Counted from the whole stretch's first letter, positions 1 through 13,424 are shown. The stretch is DNA of 61,540 bases, filler included, from Sphacelaria rigidula (GCA_964200075.2; 4 parts of 4 records of this genome joined end to end with filler, not necessarily neighbours in it), one strand, 5' to 3'. Notes: generated from the sequence alone by a model not told the origin. Program-made: numbers and translations.

Positions 1-785
1 CAGGGGAGACAGTACACATCCTTGTCGCAGTCCCCGTGTGACTTCAAACCACTCCGAGAGCTCCCCGTCGTCCATGCGAACGCGGGCCGGTATACACCGT
101 CGTGGAATTGGCGGATAACTGCTATAATTTCATCCGGAATACCAGCTCGGGCCAGTACCTGCCACAGAAGCTCGCGGTCGACCGAGTCATATGCCTTCTG
201 GAGGTCGAAGAAGCACATTTACAGAGGTATTTTCCGCCGCCGTCCCAGCTCCTGGAGTCGGTGCACTACGAACAGCATGTCGACGGTGGATCGGTCACGT
301 CGGAAGCCACACTGTTCCTCCGGTAATATCCCGTGCGTTTCGCAGTAGTCGCTAAGGCGGTTGGCCACTATCTTCAGGAGCACTTTCCCTGCGTGCGATA
401 CCATCGAGATCCCCCTGTAGTTATTGCAGTTGGACCGGTCCGATTTCTGGTACAACACCTTGATGGTTGAATTGCTTCTTTCCACTCCTGCGGGACCTCC
501 CCTCCGTTTCACACCTCGACGAGAATGGTATGGAAGCGTTCGAGGACGATGGGCTCGGCACGGCCGTCGACCTTGAGTAGCTCCACAGGGAGGGAGTCGT
601 GTCCTGACGCTTTCCAGTTGTGTATCCCCCGGACTGCTCGTCTGGTTTCCTCCAGTGTTGGTGCTGCCCCGAGCGGTACTGAATCCCCGGTGGTTGACGC
701 TGCCGGTCGCTGCTTCACCAAGTGACCTCCTCGATGATGGCTGGGTTCAGTTTGGGCGATATGACGTTGAGCAGGGTGTGGAAGA
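1..785 (-). mobile_element. Degenerate non-LTR (RTE-like LINE) retrotransposon, reverse-transcriptase region
   Basis: Minus-strand motifs [56 protein letters not shown], then *MCFFDLQKAYDSVDRELLW. In-frame stops (219-221, 509-511) and frameshifts. Runs off the contig start. Confidence 0.92.
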
Positions 786-1679
786 GTGAGTTTTATTATT
801 TGCGTGTACAACAGCAGTAGTAGTAGTAATAGCTTCACTAATTTTTGAGGTTGTGTATGTACTTTTCTTTGTCTGTAAGACCGCCTCTCAAGTCTCTGAG
901 AAAAGTCGTTTTGGGCAGTTTCCAGAGACTTTTTTTCAGAACGCGACCTTTAGGCCAACTCGAATGAGAGCCGTTCAAAACTTATTCTTCAAGAATTTCA
1001 AACGCGTTTTTTTTTCTGCCACGATTCTGAACCGGTACCAAAAAACACCCATTATGGCATAAATTTGGAGTTGCACGTGGATGTTGAAGTTGGCGTGGCC
1101 GAGGAGGTGTGCATCTCTACAACAGCACCCCAAAAAGATATACTTCCTCTGTCCCACAAGATGAGCCCGTGTGGACGTTTTGCCGCATTTTTCGTGCGTA
1201 TTTTTGGCTTTTCTCGAGCTTTTTGTCTTGGTGCTCTCGTGAAGTTTTGGAGCAGAACTCAAAACCGAGGCTTTTGCCGAGTCCCCAATAGATGAGCAGC
1301 TACACTCACGGCGATCAGAGTGTGTCGGTCGTGCGCAAACGGAATCTACCAGTTAACAGGCTTCCCATCGAGTTTTGGAGAAACGTTTTTTCATGGTTCC
1401 CGAGGCGTCCCGGAGAACCGCCCGAAACCGTCATTTTTCTGTCTGCCGCCACCACAGCGCTATCTGAGCACGCAGCAGTCCTCTGGTATACGCGCCCATC
1501 CCGAGGACAGTATCATGTTTTCCCCGGGTCTGGAGGGTCTTCTTGTTCTCACATACAAGTCTCCAACACCTCGAAACACACTACCGTGGGTCTGAGCATC
1601 GAAAAAAAAGTTCTTTGTGCCCCCCGTATCGCACATTGAGCCAAAGTTCCAAGGGTAGGTCGAGTAGAGTATACTCAAT

Positions 1680-2065
1680 ACTCAGTATTTTTGAAGAGTC
1701 GTATTTTTAGTACTCGAAGTTGGAGTAGAGTATTTGAGGTCGTACTCAACCTACTCAAATATACGAGTAGAGTATTTGAGATCATACCCAGTCTACTCGA
1801 AATTTGAGTAGAGTATTTGAGGTCGTACTCAAGTGATACTCTATACTCAAGCATTACTGAAAGTGATTACTCGAAGTTTGAGCAGAGTTTTTGTCGTCGT
1901 ACTCGATCTACTCGAAATTTGAGCAGAGTATTGGAGGCCGTACTCAACGTACTCCAACTTTGAGTAGAGTATTTGAGGTCGTACTCAACGTACTCAAACT
2001 TTGAGTAGAGTATTTGATACCGTACTCGGCCTACTTGAAATTTGAGTAGAGTATCTGAGGCCGGA
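1680..2065 (+). repeat. Subterminal ~41-bp tandem repeats (left arm of TIR element)
   Basis: Recurring GAGTAGAGTATTTGAGGTCGTACTCAACCTACTCAAAATTT-like units. Confidence 0.85.
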
Positions 2066-2096
2066 TCCTATGTACCGAAAACCTATAACTACAACT

Positions 2097-2355
2097 ACCG
2101 ACACCAGCCAGAAGAAGGACTGGTGGATCACTGCTGTTGAGGGACTCCCCAGTCTTACTGGCCTCAGTTTCAGTTGTCAACCTTGACAACATCTCATTAT
2201 TCAGGAGTGGCCTTCCAATGCACCAGCTTTTCTAGACCCGCAGATACCATCTCCGTGCCCGCGGTCATTATCGAGAACCCTCCAGAATCCCCGTGTCCCC
2301 AGTCATGATCCATATCATCACTGCCAACTCAACGTCACGGCGTATTTCCGTCACA
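2097..2355 (-). repeat. 3' LTR
   Basis: Direct repeat of 6497-6753 (roughly 93-94% identical by eye). Ends CGTCACA; outer three bases are degenerate (ACC instead of TGT). Confidence 0.88.
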
Positions 2356-5300
2356 GCACCCCCAAAGCGCGTTGGACGGATCAACAAGCTTGACACATAG
2401 AAAACGCCAAAACGATGAGTTAGTCACAATTGAACACCAAACTCACTCGAAATGCGAACAGCAACGGCACGAGTCACGCGCAATTTACGCAACTCTTTCG
2501 TAAGAAATTCCGGAGTGGCCTCAAAAATATCCTTGAAAGGCTCCCACGTACGCCCCTCAACTTCGAAACCAATTGAGTCGACCAGCACGATCAACGAACG
2601 ATCGTCTGCTTCTGCCACTCGGATAATACCAGCCATCTGAAATTGCCCCTGATTGAAAGCATGCTGGAACAAGTCCTTAACGCCAGCCGTAACATTAAGC
2701 TGCGAGTCTGCATAAAACGCAAACGAGCTACATGGGCGGTCTGAACACGACCCAAAACAATGTTCTGAACCTCAAACACGTGCGGATGGTGATCACCAAG
2801 CACTCTTCACGAACCAGTCCAAGTCGTCATCAGCTTGGTCGTAAAAACCGGACGACGCATGCGTGCATACACAAGACATAGTCACCTACCTCAAAATTCG
2901 GCAGTTCCAAGTCCAACGAGGACCCCTCACGTCTACGCGCACGTTCAGCGGCAACACGTTCCTGAACTTGAACGTGGAAATGTTCTTGCAAGTCCAAGAC
3001 TCCTTGCAATACACGCTTGATTTGAACATCGTCCAAAACATCAGATTTCCATTCCCCCGCCGACGAAGACGGCAGCACCGAGAAATACATCTGAGGAGCA
3101 CGACCAAACATCACGTGGTACGGCGTACTATCGTACCGACGACGATACGCTGTATTGAGTGCCCATTACACCGCCGGCAACACGTCCACCCATACGGAGA
3201 CAGCTCTACGCTGCTCGAGAAGAACAGAGCGAAGAACACGAACTACTTCCTTGATCATGCGTTCGCACGTACCGTTAGACCACGGATAATAAGTCACCGT
3301 AAACTGGTGATCAACGTGCAAAGCCTCTCGCAATCGGGCAGAGGTCGAATTCTTGATGTGCGTGGCGGTATCACTCACCCCCACACGCGGCACCCCCAAA
3401 GTTTTGAACCAATTTAATAAAGATGCAGCAGTCGATTCAGCAGTACACACTGCTACTGTTTCCAGAGACACGAAGTGGCTCAATCATCCATGATTGCCAA
3501 ATTTGATCGAAACCCAGCACCCTCCGACAAACCTTAGGAAGCTAGCGGGTCACTCTCACCCACGTACAAGAAGTCAAAATGAACGACTTCATTCGGCATG
3601 TTCTCATGGACCGTATCGCCGAGCGGGCGGGGAACAACATTGCCCGCCCTCGAGTCAGCACAGTGAAGACACTAGCGGAAAATTCGCGCACATGAGTTTC
3701 TACCCCCTGCCAGACACAAAACTCTTGCGAGTGCACGAGCGTCGCAGCCACACCACGATGCCTGGCGTCGCGCATGTGCGCGAAAGTCATCAGACGTACC
3801 TGCAATTGCTTGTCAGAGGTTGGAATCCACAACACATTTCGGCCACGCACATGCGCACGAAACAGACCTCCATTGTTCAAGATAGCAGTACCAAGGCTCG
3901 AAACGAAAGATTGCACGCCCGCATTTTCGGCCCCAAGGTCTTTTCGTTGCGCTTGGCGGATGACAGAGTTGGACGGCATCGAGTCATGAGGTACATACGG
4001 ACCATACACAGCCACAGTGCGCACAGGCATTTGAACTTCAACAGTGGGCACCTCATGACCAAACTACGTCGATGGCACTCAAATGCATCCGGAAACATGA
4101 ACACTTGGCAATCAGGACGAGGATGGAACAGCGTCACAGCATGAGCCACCAGATCCTGCGCTGCCGCCCACGCCTGCAGCCTGCCTTCCGTCTACGGTAC
4201 AGTCTTCTTCGGAAACGCCATATCGGAACTGGACCACCCTGCCTGCAAATTCCGTAACACCAACCCGAGCGCCAAAAGAGCCGCCATACACAACGTCAAT
4301 CAACTCGACTTCACTGGGTCGTTCCGCCGCGGCTTCGTTTTTACCGCGGATGCCCCAGGTTTTGGCTGAACACGCATGGGCTTCACGCGCGCAGGAGGAT
4401 CACCCCGCAGCGCACAACGAAACACGTTGACGCGGCAATGCAATATGCCGCGCAGGCGCTCGCTTTTAAGACGCTGAGGCCTGTCGCCCCAGCATCCGTC
4501 ACGCTCTCCTCCAGCGCGATCTTCCGAGCGGACTCCGCTTCCGCCGAAAATCATTGACATCTCCGGGTCGCGCTCTACCGGGCGTTCCACCGCCGCATCC
4601 CGCTCCTCGGTCACCTACCCTTCAGCCTCCTGAAAAGCATCCACCGACAAGCTCACGCCATGATTGCCCAAAACGGCGGGCGTCTCCAAGCGTAGACCAG
4701 GCGGAAACATCCGCGTCTTCATGGAGTCCCACAACCGCCGAGCGTCGACTCCAATATCCTGAAGCGTCGGCAACCCCAGAAAAAAACCGCCATCAGACCC
4801 CGGTATGATCGCAAACGAGATCGGAGGCAACTGCGCCGGTACCCAGGAAGTCGTGAAAGTCAGTTGTAGCGGAACAGTACGCTCTGCGATGTAAACATGC
4901 TGACCCGACGCGGTGATGGCCTGCCGCGCCTCGAGCGAAAACGGAATGCGCAGCGGCACACCCGGGAGAAGACGCTCCAACATCTCTACAATCTGTACCG
5001 ATAGACTCATATGACTCACCAAGTGGGCGCTTGAATCCCACTTAGCCCGAACCGCAACGGCGCCACGCTCCCGTTGAGGGAGACACAGCTCCGCAGGAAC
5101 GTATTTGTCCGCAAACTCCACCGGCAATTTATTCGCCGACCGATGCGCCGCTAACCCCACTTGACGCCACGGCTACGCAAGCTGCGCAGGCGAAGACACT
5201 CTGAAAGGTTCAAACGGCACCGCCGGCGGGTATAACGCCCAGCCAGCAGATCAAGAATTTGGCGACTCCGATCAGCGCGTCAGCAGGCGTCGCGCCTGGC

Positions 5301-5795
5301 TCTGCTACCGGTGTCGCCGCCGGCGCCACCACCGGCACCGGCGCAGTGTTCCGTACTGTATAAGTCGGTCCCACCTGCACCGCCCGTTACGGAGCAGCAG
5401 CACCTACGGCGGCGCCGGACCCATCACCAGGCTCATGCTGACGCCGCCACCGCCGCCGCCGCTGCTGCTGCTGCTGCTTAGGACTCGACTGCGATCCTCC
5501 ATCGCCGGAGGATTCGCCACCGCCATCATGACTACCTCGTATTTTGCCCTTGTGCTGACGATGCTGATGACGCGCGGCATGAGACTCCCTAGACTCTCCA
5601 CCGGAAGACGTTGGGCAATCGCGCCCGTAATGGCCGACCTGGCCACAACAGTGGCAAGTGCCCGCTGCATGCCCAGCATGCTTTCTGATCGCCGCAAACC
5701 AATTGCGGCGGGGTGATTGTGATCTTCTTATGCTCCAAACGAGCAAACACTGTCTGCACATACGTTGACACTTGTTGAGCCATTGGCACCACCTG

Positions 5796-6302
5796 ATGCC
5801 GCACAGCACCCCCTGTGTTAGTGCGCTTCACACGCTTCTTGTGCTCAAAGTACTTCGTAATGAAAGTGCGAGATGCACTCTCTGAGTACCTATTCCCATA
5901 TTGGGGAGGTCGCAACTCTTCCCGCATGACCACGGTTGTCGCCATAGCTGTAACCAACTATCTGCGAACCTTTTGCAGGCCAGCGGACCTTCCCGAATTG
6001 CAATTTCCTTGCTTCGTCGCCGCACCACACCGTCGTAGGGGCCTCCAAATGCCGCACACCACCCCCTGTGTTAGTGCGCTTCACACGCTTCTTGTACTCA
6101 AAGTACTTCGTAACGAAAGTGCGAGATGCACACTCTCAGTACCTATTCCCATATTGGAGAGGTCGCAACTCTTCTCGCATGACCACGGGTGTCGCCATAG
6201 CTGTAACCGACTATCTGCGAATCTTTTGCAGGTCAGCGGACCTTCCCGAATTGCAATTTCCTTGCTTCGTCGCCGCACCACACCGTCGTAGGAGCCTCCA
6301 AA
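5796..6302. repeat. 253-bp tandem duplication in the gag start region
   Basis: ATGCCGCAC...GTGTTAGTGCGCTTCACACG...CCTCCAAA occurs twice at 253-bp spacing (e.g. 5815 and 6068). Confidence 0.9.
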
Positions 6303-6496
6303 CTCCCGCTGCACGCAGCTTCAGCAAGTCTCCAGTTTGGATCAATCACAGGTCAGCCGCCTTTCTGCGGCTACCACCAGCTTGAACCCCCGTCACGCGT
6401 CGGTGATGCTTCAGATTGTCCCCAGCTGCCAGACTCACTCCGCCGAAAGCCCTTCCTGCAGGTTTCTAGCACTAACACTAGCACTAATATCGATAT

Positions 6497-6753
6497 TGTG
6501 ACGCCAGCCAGAAGAAGGACTGGTGGATCACTGCTGTTGAGGGACTCCCCAGTCTTACTGGCCTCAGTTTCAGTGGTCAGCCTTTACAACATCTCATTAT
6601 TCAGGAGTGACCTTCCAAGCGCCAGCTAATCTGGACCGTAGATACCATCTCCGTGTCCCCGATCATTATCGAGAACCCTCCAGAATCCCCGTGCCCCCAG
6701 TCATGATCCATATCATCACTGCCAACTCAACGTCACGGCGTATTTCCGTCACA
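6497..6753 (-). repeat. 5' LTR
   Basis: TGTGACG...CGTCACA termini; direct repeat of 2097-2355. Confidence 0.9.
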
Positions 6754-7194
6754 AACTTCAATATTCAAGTTCGTACGCAAGATACTCAAACTCGGGTAGA
6801 GGAAATACCGAGGTATTCCTAGAGTTGCCCGCCCATGATGAGTGTTGGTTCAAGGTCAAACTGTATTGTCAAACCATCTTGCACTGTTTCCACCGCTGAC
6901 TCTCCCATGGAGGAGTCACATATGTGGTCAGTAGAGTCGCTCAAATTTCGTCCCTCATTCTGATAATACCTACTCGACTTCTCGTCTACTCGATTACTCA
7001 ATGATGATAAGTAGCGTTTTGTACTGAAAGTGATATCGAAGGTGTTGCGAGGTATCGAGTATGAACTGCCGTGGGTGGTGTGATGTAACGCCGCCCATCT
7101 TATTGATGGCCATCGTTCTCCCATGCATTCAACATAGTCTGTGAAGTGACGTCACGAAGTCGCCGGCTGTCAGGGGTACTCACCATACCCAAGG

Positions 7195-7745
7195 GTACTC
7201 TATACTCAAGTATTACTGAGAGTGCTTACTCGAAATTTGATAAGACTATTTGAGACCATACTCAACCTACTCAAAATTTGAGTAGAGCATTTGAGACCAC
7301 ACTCAACGTACTCAAAATTCGAGTAGAGTATTTGAGGCCGTACTCGGCCTACTCAAAATTCGAGTAAAGTATTGAGTTCATACTCAAGTGATACTCTATA
7401 CTCAAGTATTACTGAGAGTGCTTACTGAATATTTGAGTAGAGTATTTGAGACCATACTCAAACTACTCAAAATTTGAGCAGAATATTTGAGGCCGTACTC
7501 AACCTACTCAAAATTTGAGCAGAGTATTTGAGACCGTACTCGACCTACTCAAACATCGAATCGACTATTGACGTCATACTCTATATTCAAGCATTACTGA
7601 CAGTGCTTACTCAATATTCGAGTAGAGTATTTGAGGTCGTACTCGACTTACTCAAAATTTGAGTAGAGTACTTGAGGCCGTACTCGATCTACTGAAACGT
7701 CGAGTAGAGTAAGTACTTGAGTATTTCACTCGAGTACTCAAAAGT
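7195..7745 (+). repeat. Subterminal ~41-bp tandem repeats (right arm of TIR element)
   Basis: Same unit and orientation as 1680-2065. Confidence 0.85.
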
Positions 7746-7847
7746 ACATACTCTACTCGACCTACCCTTGCAAAGTTCTGCCAAACCTCTGGCTCTCCTT
7801 TGGAAAATCTCATTGCATAAGCCCACTTTGTTTTTTTTCACGCCGGG

Positions 7848-8295
7848 AACACGGGATCGTACAAATTGGGGATGGATCATTTATTGGGGATGAGAAACCC
7901 GGAGGATTCAAATCTTTGTATCCGCACCAAATATTCGAAATATGGCTCCATTTCTTCACCTACTGATAGCTATTGACAACTGCTACACACGCCATAGAAA
8001 TTTGGATTTTGAACACCGAAATGTTGCGGTCCTAGGTGAAAAAAACCATTTCGCAACTATTTTGGCGTCCGCTCGGACACCCGGAATTCCACAAAACTGT
8101 TTTTTCACCTAGGACCCCAACATGTCGGTGTTCGAAATCCAAATTTCTATGACGTGTAGCAGTTGTCAATAGCTATCAGCAGGAGAAAAAATGGAGCCAT
8201 ATTTCGAATATTTGGTGCGGATGCGAAGATTTTAATCCTCCGGCTTTCTCATCCCCAATAAATGATCCGCCCCCCAATTTGTAAGATCCCGTGTT
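7848..8295. mobile_element. Foldback/MITE with ~200-bp inverted arms
   Basis: AACACGGGATCGTACAAATTGGGG... at 7848 and ...CCCCAATTTGTAAGATCCCGTGTT at 8295. Arms pair inward to CCTAGGTGAAAAAA / TTTTTTCACCTAGG around a ~50-bp spacer. Confidence 0.85.
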
Positions 8296-8529
8296 GGTAG
8301 CCATTTTCACCGGCTAGCGGTGAGAATGGCACGTTTCTTCACATGTCCTCAGTGTGTGTGTGTTGTGTTCAGAAAGCGAGCGAAGCGAGCGAAGCGGAGT
8401 TCATGAAGTGTACGACTGATCTTACATTTGTTGCCAATGTGAAAGAGTGATTCTTCGACGGTCGCTGGTCGGAGTTTTCCCTCTATGTACTTTTTTTACC
8501 AATGACATGTGGCAGAGGCCGAGCATTTC

Positions 8530-8770
8530 TACTTTGATTTGTTTTCTCCCTGGTCACTCCGTCTGTTCCTCCTTTTCTGTTCTCTTCACTTTGGTTCAGC
8601 GAGTATTTCAGTCTTGTCTTGTCTCGGATACGTCTATCAGGTGACCACGGCTGGATTCCCAGGGGGATCAGGTGAAGGATGTGACGGTTTACGAGACAAC
8701 CAACTAGACTACTGAAGTCACAAGGACAACAACCAATCAATCAATCGATCAATCAACCACTCAATCAATT
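8530..8770 (+). mobile_element. Probable retroposon (LINE/SINE) 3' end with (CAAT)n tail
   Basis: Pyrimidine-rich tract, then GGTGACCACGGCTGGATT...GGGGATCAGG, then CAATCAATCAATC microsatellite tail. Confidence 0.45.
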
Positions 8771-10186
8771 AATATATGGTCCCATTCATTTTCAGTGTAG
8801 GGCTGCTTGACCCCTGTGACGTTTGTATGTCCCACATGTACGCTTCAAAATACTTTCTTCATACGTTATATTTCCACTCTCTACTTGTACCATGCGATGG
8901 ATGGAGAGGGCCAAGCAAGGAGCTCCCAACGCCCTTTCTATATTTGTCGACCGAACACCCAGCAAACATATGCGCCCCCGTTGTATTTCAACTAGTTGAT
9001 TGGATGGCTTATTATGGCCTTTCGTACATTGCTGATCCGTGCTACGGATTCACCCGTAGTACATGACCGGGGTAGGAAGACGGAAGACGTTGAGGAGAAA
9101 TAAGTACAACGAGCGGACAAATACGACCACGCGGAAACGTAGCAGAGTGGCATCATGGATGGATAATAATAGGAGGTAGGGCCAGAGGTACGAGCGAAGG
9201 AGAGAAAAGGGTATAACTACTTTCCGTGCACTCCCCCCCTCGCCCCCTCATCCCTACCCAGGGACAAAGCGGGTAAGGCTCTCGTCATGTATTTCCAACT
9301 CGCATTCCTCGCGGGCTTGTGTTTCTTATGCGAACGGTGGCGGCCCTCCTCCTGATAGCCATTCACTACTACTATTTTCTGTTTTACTCCATTTGTCGCA
9401 CTTTGAACACTGCATGGATACCCAACTTGTTGGTGCGACGGGAGCACATCAGGGTGAAGAACAACCAGTAGGCACGTTCGTGGGGACTGAATAGTGTCAA
9501 GCCCGTCTGGTTCATCCAAAGTAAACCTCCTGTTGGGGTCTGACTTACTAATGACTCAGCGGGAGTGGGTGAAATGAGTGAATCCATCGCAGTTCAGTGC
9601 ACGGCTGACTGTCAGTCAACGGTTGATTATATCCATTCGAGATGACTGCTGATTTTCGTCCCTTGCTTATTCCATTGGTTTGACACAGCACCAGAGTCAT
9701 AGCTACTATAGCAGCTATCCAGACCTAAGACGCACCGTATGTTATATACATTACAACAACGCCGCCGTGTTCCGTGGTCTAATGACATAGCTGATTCCAT
9801 CGGGGCGAGGGAAACGCTGGTGCGATCCCCGCCAGATGAATCTGGTATGGCTTTTATCTCAAAACTACGCGTACCCGAATTCCGTCGATGTAGGCGCGAA
9901 GAAGTGGATGGCAAAGGGTCTGTCTCCCCGACTTTGTTAGACAGCGATCGACGCGTTGCGGGAGTGCTGATCAAGTCCACGGTATCAGAATGTAAGGCGT
10001 GTACCAGGGAAGGATGGGTTAACCCCTTAAGATTACGGCTTCGTCCCGCGGAGGTGTTACAGGTGGGGATAAAAAATCAACGTAAGAGTACGACCTCGGG
10101 TCTGAGTAGCACGCTTTGGCGAATCATAGATGATTGTTTCATGCCATCTTCATGATTGTCCACCTGATCTTGCTGAGACCAAGGAT

Positions 10187-10359
10187 ATGCGGCATCCGTA
10201 TCTGCTGTTCGTGGCATCTTGTGTGGCAACATCTCTTGTTGTGCTACTATCCTCTGTTGCAACTACCAACGCTTTCGTTGCACTAGCAAGCCGACGGTCG
10301 TCACCACAATGGTCAACTGGATCGACAGCTGGCAGCGAGCATGATGTCGTCCGACCAAG
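10187..10359 (+). CDS. First exon of a putative secreted or plastid-targeted protein (later exons not resolved)
   Basis: MRHPYLLFVASCVATSLVVLLSSVATTNA-FVALASRRSS: hydrophobic signal, then A|F (ASAFAP-like) site and Ser/Arg-rich transit-like segment. Ends at donor AG|GTACGT. Confidence 0.5.
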
Positions 10360-12271
10360 GTACGTACTTTTTTGAGTTTGCTTGTGATGGAGCAAATATT
10401 TATACGACTATTGACGTGGTCATCCCTTCATCGATAGGGATGCTTCTCGAATAGTGAAGTGTGTGCATGCGTGCCACGAGTGCCGTACTCGTAGGAGTGA
10501 GGCTACAGTAGTAACTGTTTTGCAATGGAACACAATGGCGGTGTATAACACCCCCTACGGTGCTTTCGATCGATGAGTTTTTGAAAGTCGATCAATTATT
10601 TCGCAGCGACTGACAAGTTTCGTCGGAAACCGAGTCTTGTCGATAGTCTTTTACAGATGGTGCAATTTTGCGGGAGTGGTGGCCGTGCTTCCCAGTAACT
10701 TGCCGACGGCGTGCTGTTCCCATCACCTGTACTTCCATGGATATCATCTCGCCAACTGCGAAACTGCGACAACGCGCCACACCAGGCGAGCTGCCCCCCG
10801 CGGTGTGCGTTCAGTAACAGCAGTGCTTCAATGTCACTGCGCCTCTTGAAAAAAGTCTGATCCCTTGCTGTGGAGAGCTTGTGTGTCTGTGAAGGGGAGG
10901 GCGAATTAATCAAAACATGAACATGAACAAATGTGTGCGGGCGCCACGAAACACTCGGCGAAACCTCCACAGCTCAATAAAAAAAGAAACCGCCACTGCG
11001 AACCGAAGTTACAACATCCTCATGTTTGTATGAGACTATAAGACAGTTCGGCCGTCAAAGTAGTCCAGTTGAGACCGTATGCTGGTGGACTTTCCAGAGG
11101 GTTGACTTTTCATGCCGTGGCTCCTACTCGCAGTGTGAATCAGTGTTACGCCAAAAGAAAAATATCCTTTTTTTCGGGACAGAATCTGACCGCTTTTTCC
11201 TCTAGTGCTCACGGCTGCAGCGCACAGCACCAGATATAGCGACGTGGAACTGTTGACTGTGATTTGCACAGAATATGAACGAAGTTTTAGCAGTTCGCGG
11301 CGGCTACAGCGCGCGTAGGGCCGTGCGTCATAAACTACGCAGCTCTACAGACTGTATGCCGATCGGTACAGGTCGTCATGATCCAGAAAGGGTCGCAGTA
11401 CAGACCGGTGTCAGTTTGCTACCACATCGGCCGCCCAACCGCACAACATGTCTAAGTTTGTGCATATACGCGTGCATATATGCAATAATGATGATAATAA
11501 AAATATTCATTCGCCTGTAGTGCGCAAAGTCTGGGCTCCTGTATAGCCGGTTTGAGTGCGCATGGACGGCTTTCCCCGAAATCGCTTGTGGCCATGTTGT
11601 AGGAAAGTCTGGGACCCAATCGTGCTCATGCTTCGCGCATATGTTGTATGTGTTGTGTTAGATTAGTGTGCAAGATTTCAAGATGGGACGCGCAGTCGCA
11701 GGCGACAAATCCACAAGCAAAGTTACACTGGAAGTTGGGAGTTCACCGTAGGAAATTATACAAATAAACATGAGGTGCGGTTACGCCCTGGTTACGCCGC
11801 ATATCAGATGCGGTTACGCAGTATTACGGTACGGATACTGTCTGTAGACCGTACACCACATCAGCGTATTACACTGCACTTTATTGTGGTCATCACTTAG
11901 TTTTCAAATTTCACAGGCATCAGCTGCGCCGCTAGACATGGATGCAAACGATCGTGCCGTTCTCGTTTTCTTCGAAAGCAATAGAGATGCTGCTTTTTCA
12001 GGCGGATTGCACACTCCATATACTACCCCCTAGGCGTGGTGATGCGCTGGAACGCGAAGCGTGGTCGCCACCTATCGTCGTACGATGGGGCCCGCAAGGC
12101 ACCCGTACCGAGCAACACCATGCACCCCACCGAACGCGGGACATAATCACGTTCTCAGCCTGCAACTTGTGCCGACGATCCAGCCTTGAACATAGCTTTT
12201 CAGATATTCCGCGTGTTGGGCCGTAGGTCCTCCCTCTGGGGCACCTCGTTCGTGTGGAATACACCTACTCT

Positions 12272-13424
12272 AAGGGGTCTTAAAGACTGGAATACGTTAT
12301 ACACCGCCTCCCCCCCCCTCCCCCCCGACTGAGGCAAGCAACAAATGAGTACGCCTCCCCCCCCCAGAGGCGGTCGAGAACGAGGAAAATCGAAAAATGG
12401 AGTCCAAAAATCCTTTTCTTCCTGTTTCTTCGCCAGGATACGTAATTGAACGGTACCTCCACCACCACGATGCTGGCCTGTACCCGAGCAGCCCAAACCC
12501 GAGGAGTTTGGGCATATCGGTTGTTCTAGCGGCCGCAGGGGAGAGAACTTGGCCGTTGGATAATGACTTCTCAGTCAAGGTGACCGCTAGAAAATGACTC
12601 TGGGGTAGGTGTTTTAGTAGTGAGGCCGCAATACCGGAGAGGGCCGTGTACTCAAGACGTGACCCCGATCGTATTCTGTTTGTCGATCAAGGAAAGTGTA
12701 CCACAAGTTGTGCGTGTTCCTGACTGACACCAGAGGTAGACACTACTACCGTGACTTGCCTGTTTATTGCAACCGGCATAAAAATATTCTGACAGTACTC
12801 CCATGATATCAACCAATTGTAGATGATCCAAGGATAATGACCTGGTGCCCGCGTAGGCAGTGCCCGCGTTCGGAGAGCTGTGTCCAGGGGCGATCCCTCA
12901 AGGTCGGCATACTGCACAGCGACACATGTAGAAGCGAAAAATGAGAATCTTGTGAAGATGGTGTCGCTCAAGAAAGAAGTCAACAAGTCGCAGACCTGTA
13001 TTCTTTATTCATGCTGGCATAATAATCTGTTCCAACAAATGCGGGTCTTACAACAACCACGGCTACGTTGCCAGAACCCTTGACAGATTTATGTGTCGTG
13101 CCGCATCCTGTAGAGTCGATTATTACGAGAGGATGCTGTTCCCACGAATAATAATGGAGACTTGAACGTAGCATACACAATCCTACCCCTGCCATGCAAC
13201 CGTAGCATACACAACTTGTACACAAGCCTGGCACAAGCCGGGAAAAGCCGTTAATGCACGTACTGCATTATACAGTACCTACTATCATCATTATCCATGT
13301 GATCAAAGGGGTACTCACCCCTCCAAAAGGGGGTACCCCCCACCCCCCCTTCCCCGTCGCCCCAGAATGAGATTTTTCGGAATCGGGGGCGGTGTATAAC
13401 GTATTCCAGTCTGTAAGGCCCCTT
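12272..13424. mobile_element. Non-autonomous TIR element (possibly PIF/Harbinger-like)
   Basis: AAGGGGTCTTAAAGACTGGAATACGTTATACACCGCC at 12272 matches the reverse complement ending at 13424 (37 bp, 2 mismatches). TSD not clean. Confidence 0.65.

Larger units (their letters stand above)
2097..6753 (-). mobile_element. Decayed, internally deleted Ty3/Gypsy LTR retrotransposon with chromodomain integrase
   Basis: Two ~257-bp LTRs. On the minus strand: gag with CCHC knuckle (CHCCGQVGHYGRDC, ~5620-5665), protease-like region 4615-5160, RNase H start (HPRPDCQVFMFPDA), integrase (AHMRDARHRG; SDTATH; YYPWSNGTCERM) and chromodomain-like C-terminus (LVDSIGFEVEGRTWEP, 2424-2672). Many frameshifts; RT core not seen. 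Possible 4-bp TSD AACT (2093-2096, 6754-6757). Confidence 0.9.
1650..7770. mobile_element. Non-autonomous TIR DNA transposon (hAT- or P-like, 8-bp TSD) carrying a nested LTR element
   Basis: Perfect 23-bp TIR CAAGGGTAGGTCGAGTAGAGTAT at 1650-1672, reverse complement at 7748-7770. Flanked by identical CAAAGTTC (1642-1649, 7771-7778). No transposase recognised. Confidence 0.88.

Noticed and set aside
1680-2065. CRISPR-like or satellite array (also 7195-7745)
   Set aside because: No unique spacers; these are subterminal repeats of a TIR element.
12437-12579. Exon-like segment (CAG acceptor, open frame, GT donor)
   Set aside because: Lies inside a TIR element, has no recognisable domain, and its phase does not join directly to the exon at 10187-10359.
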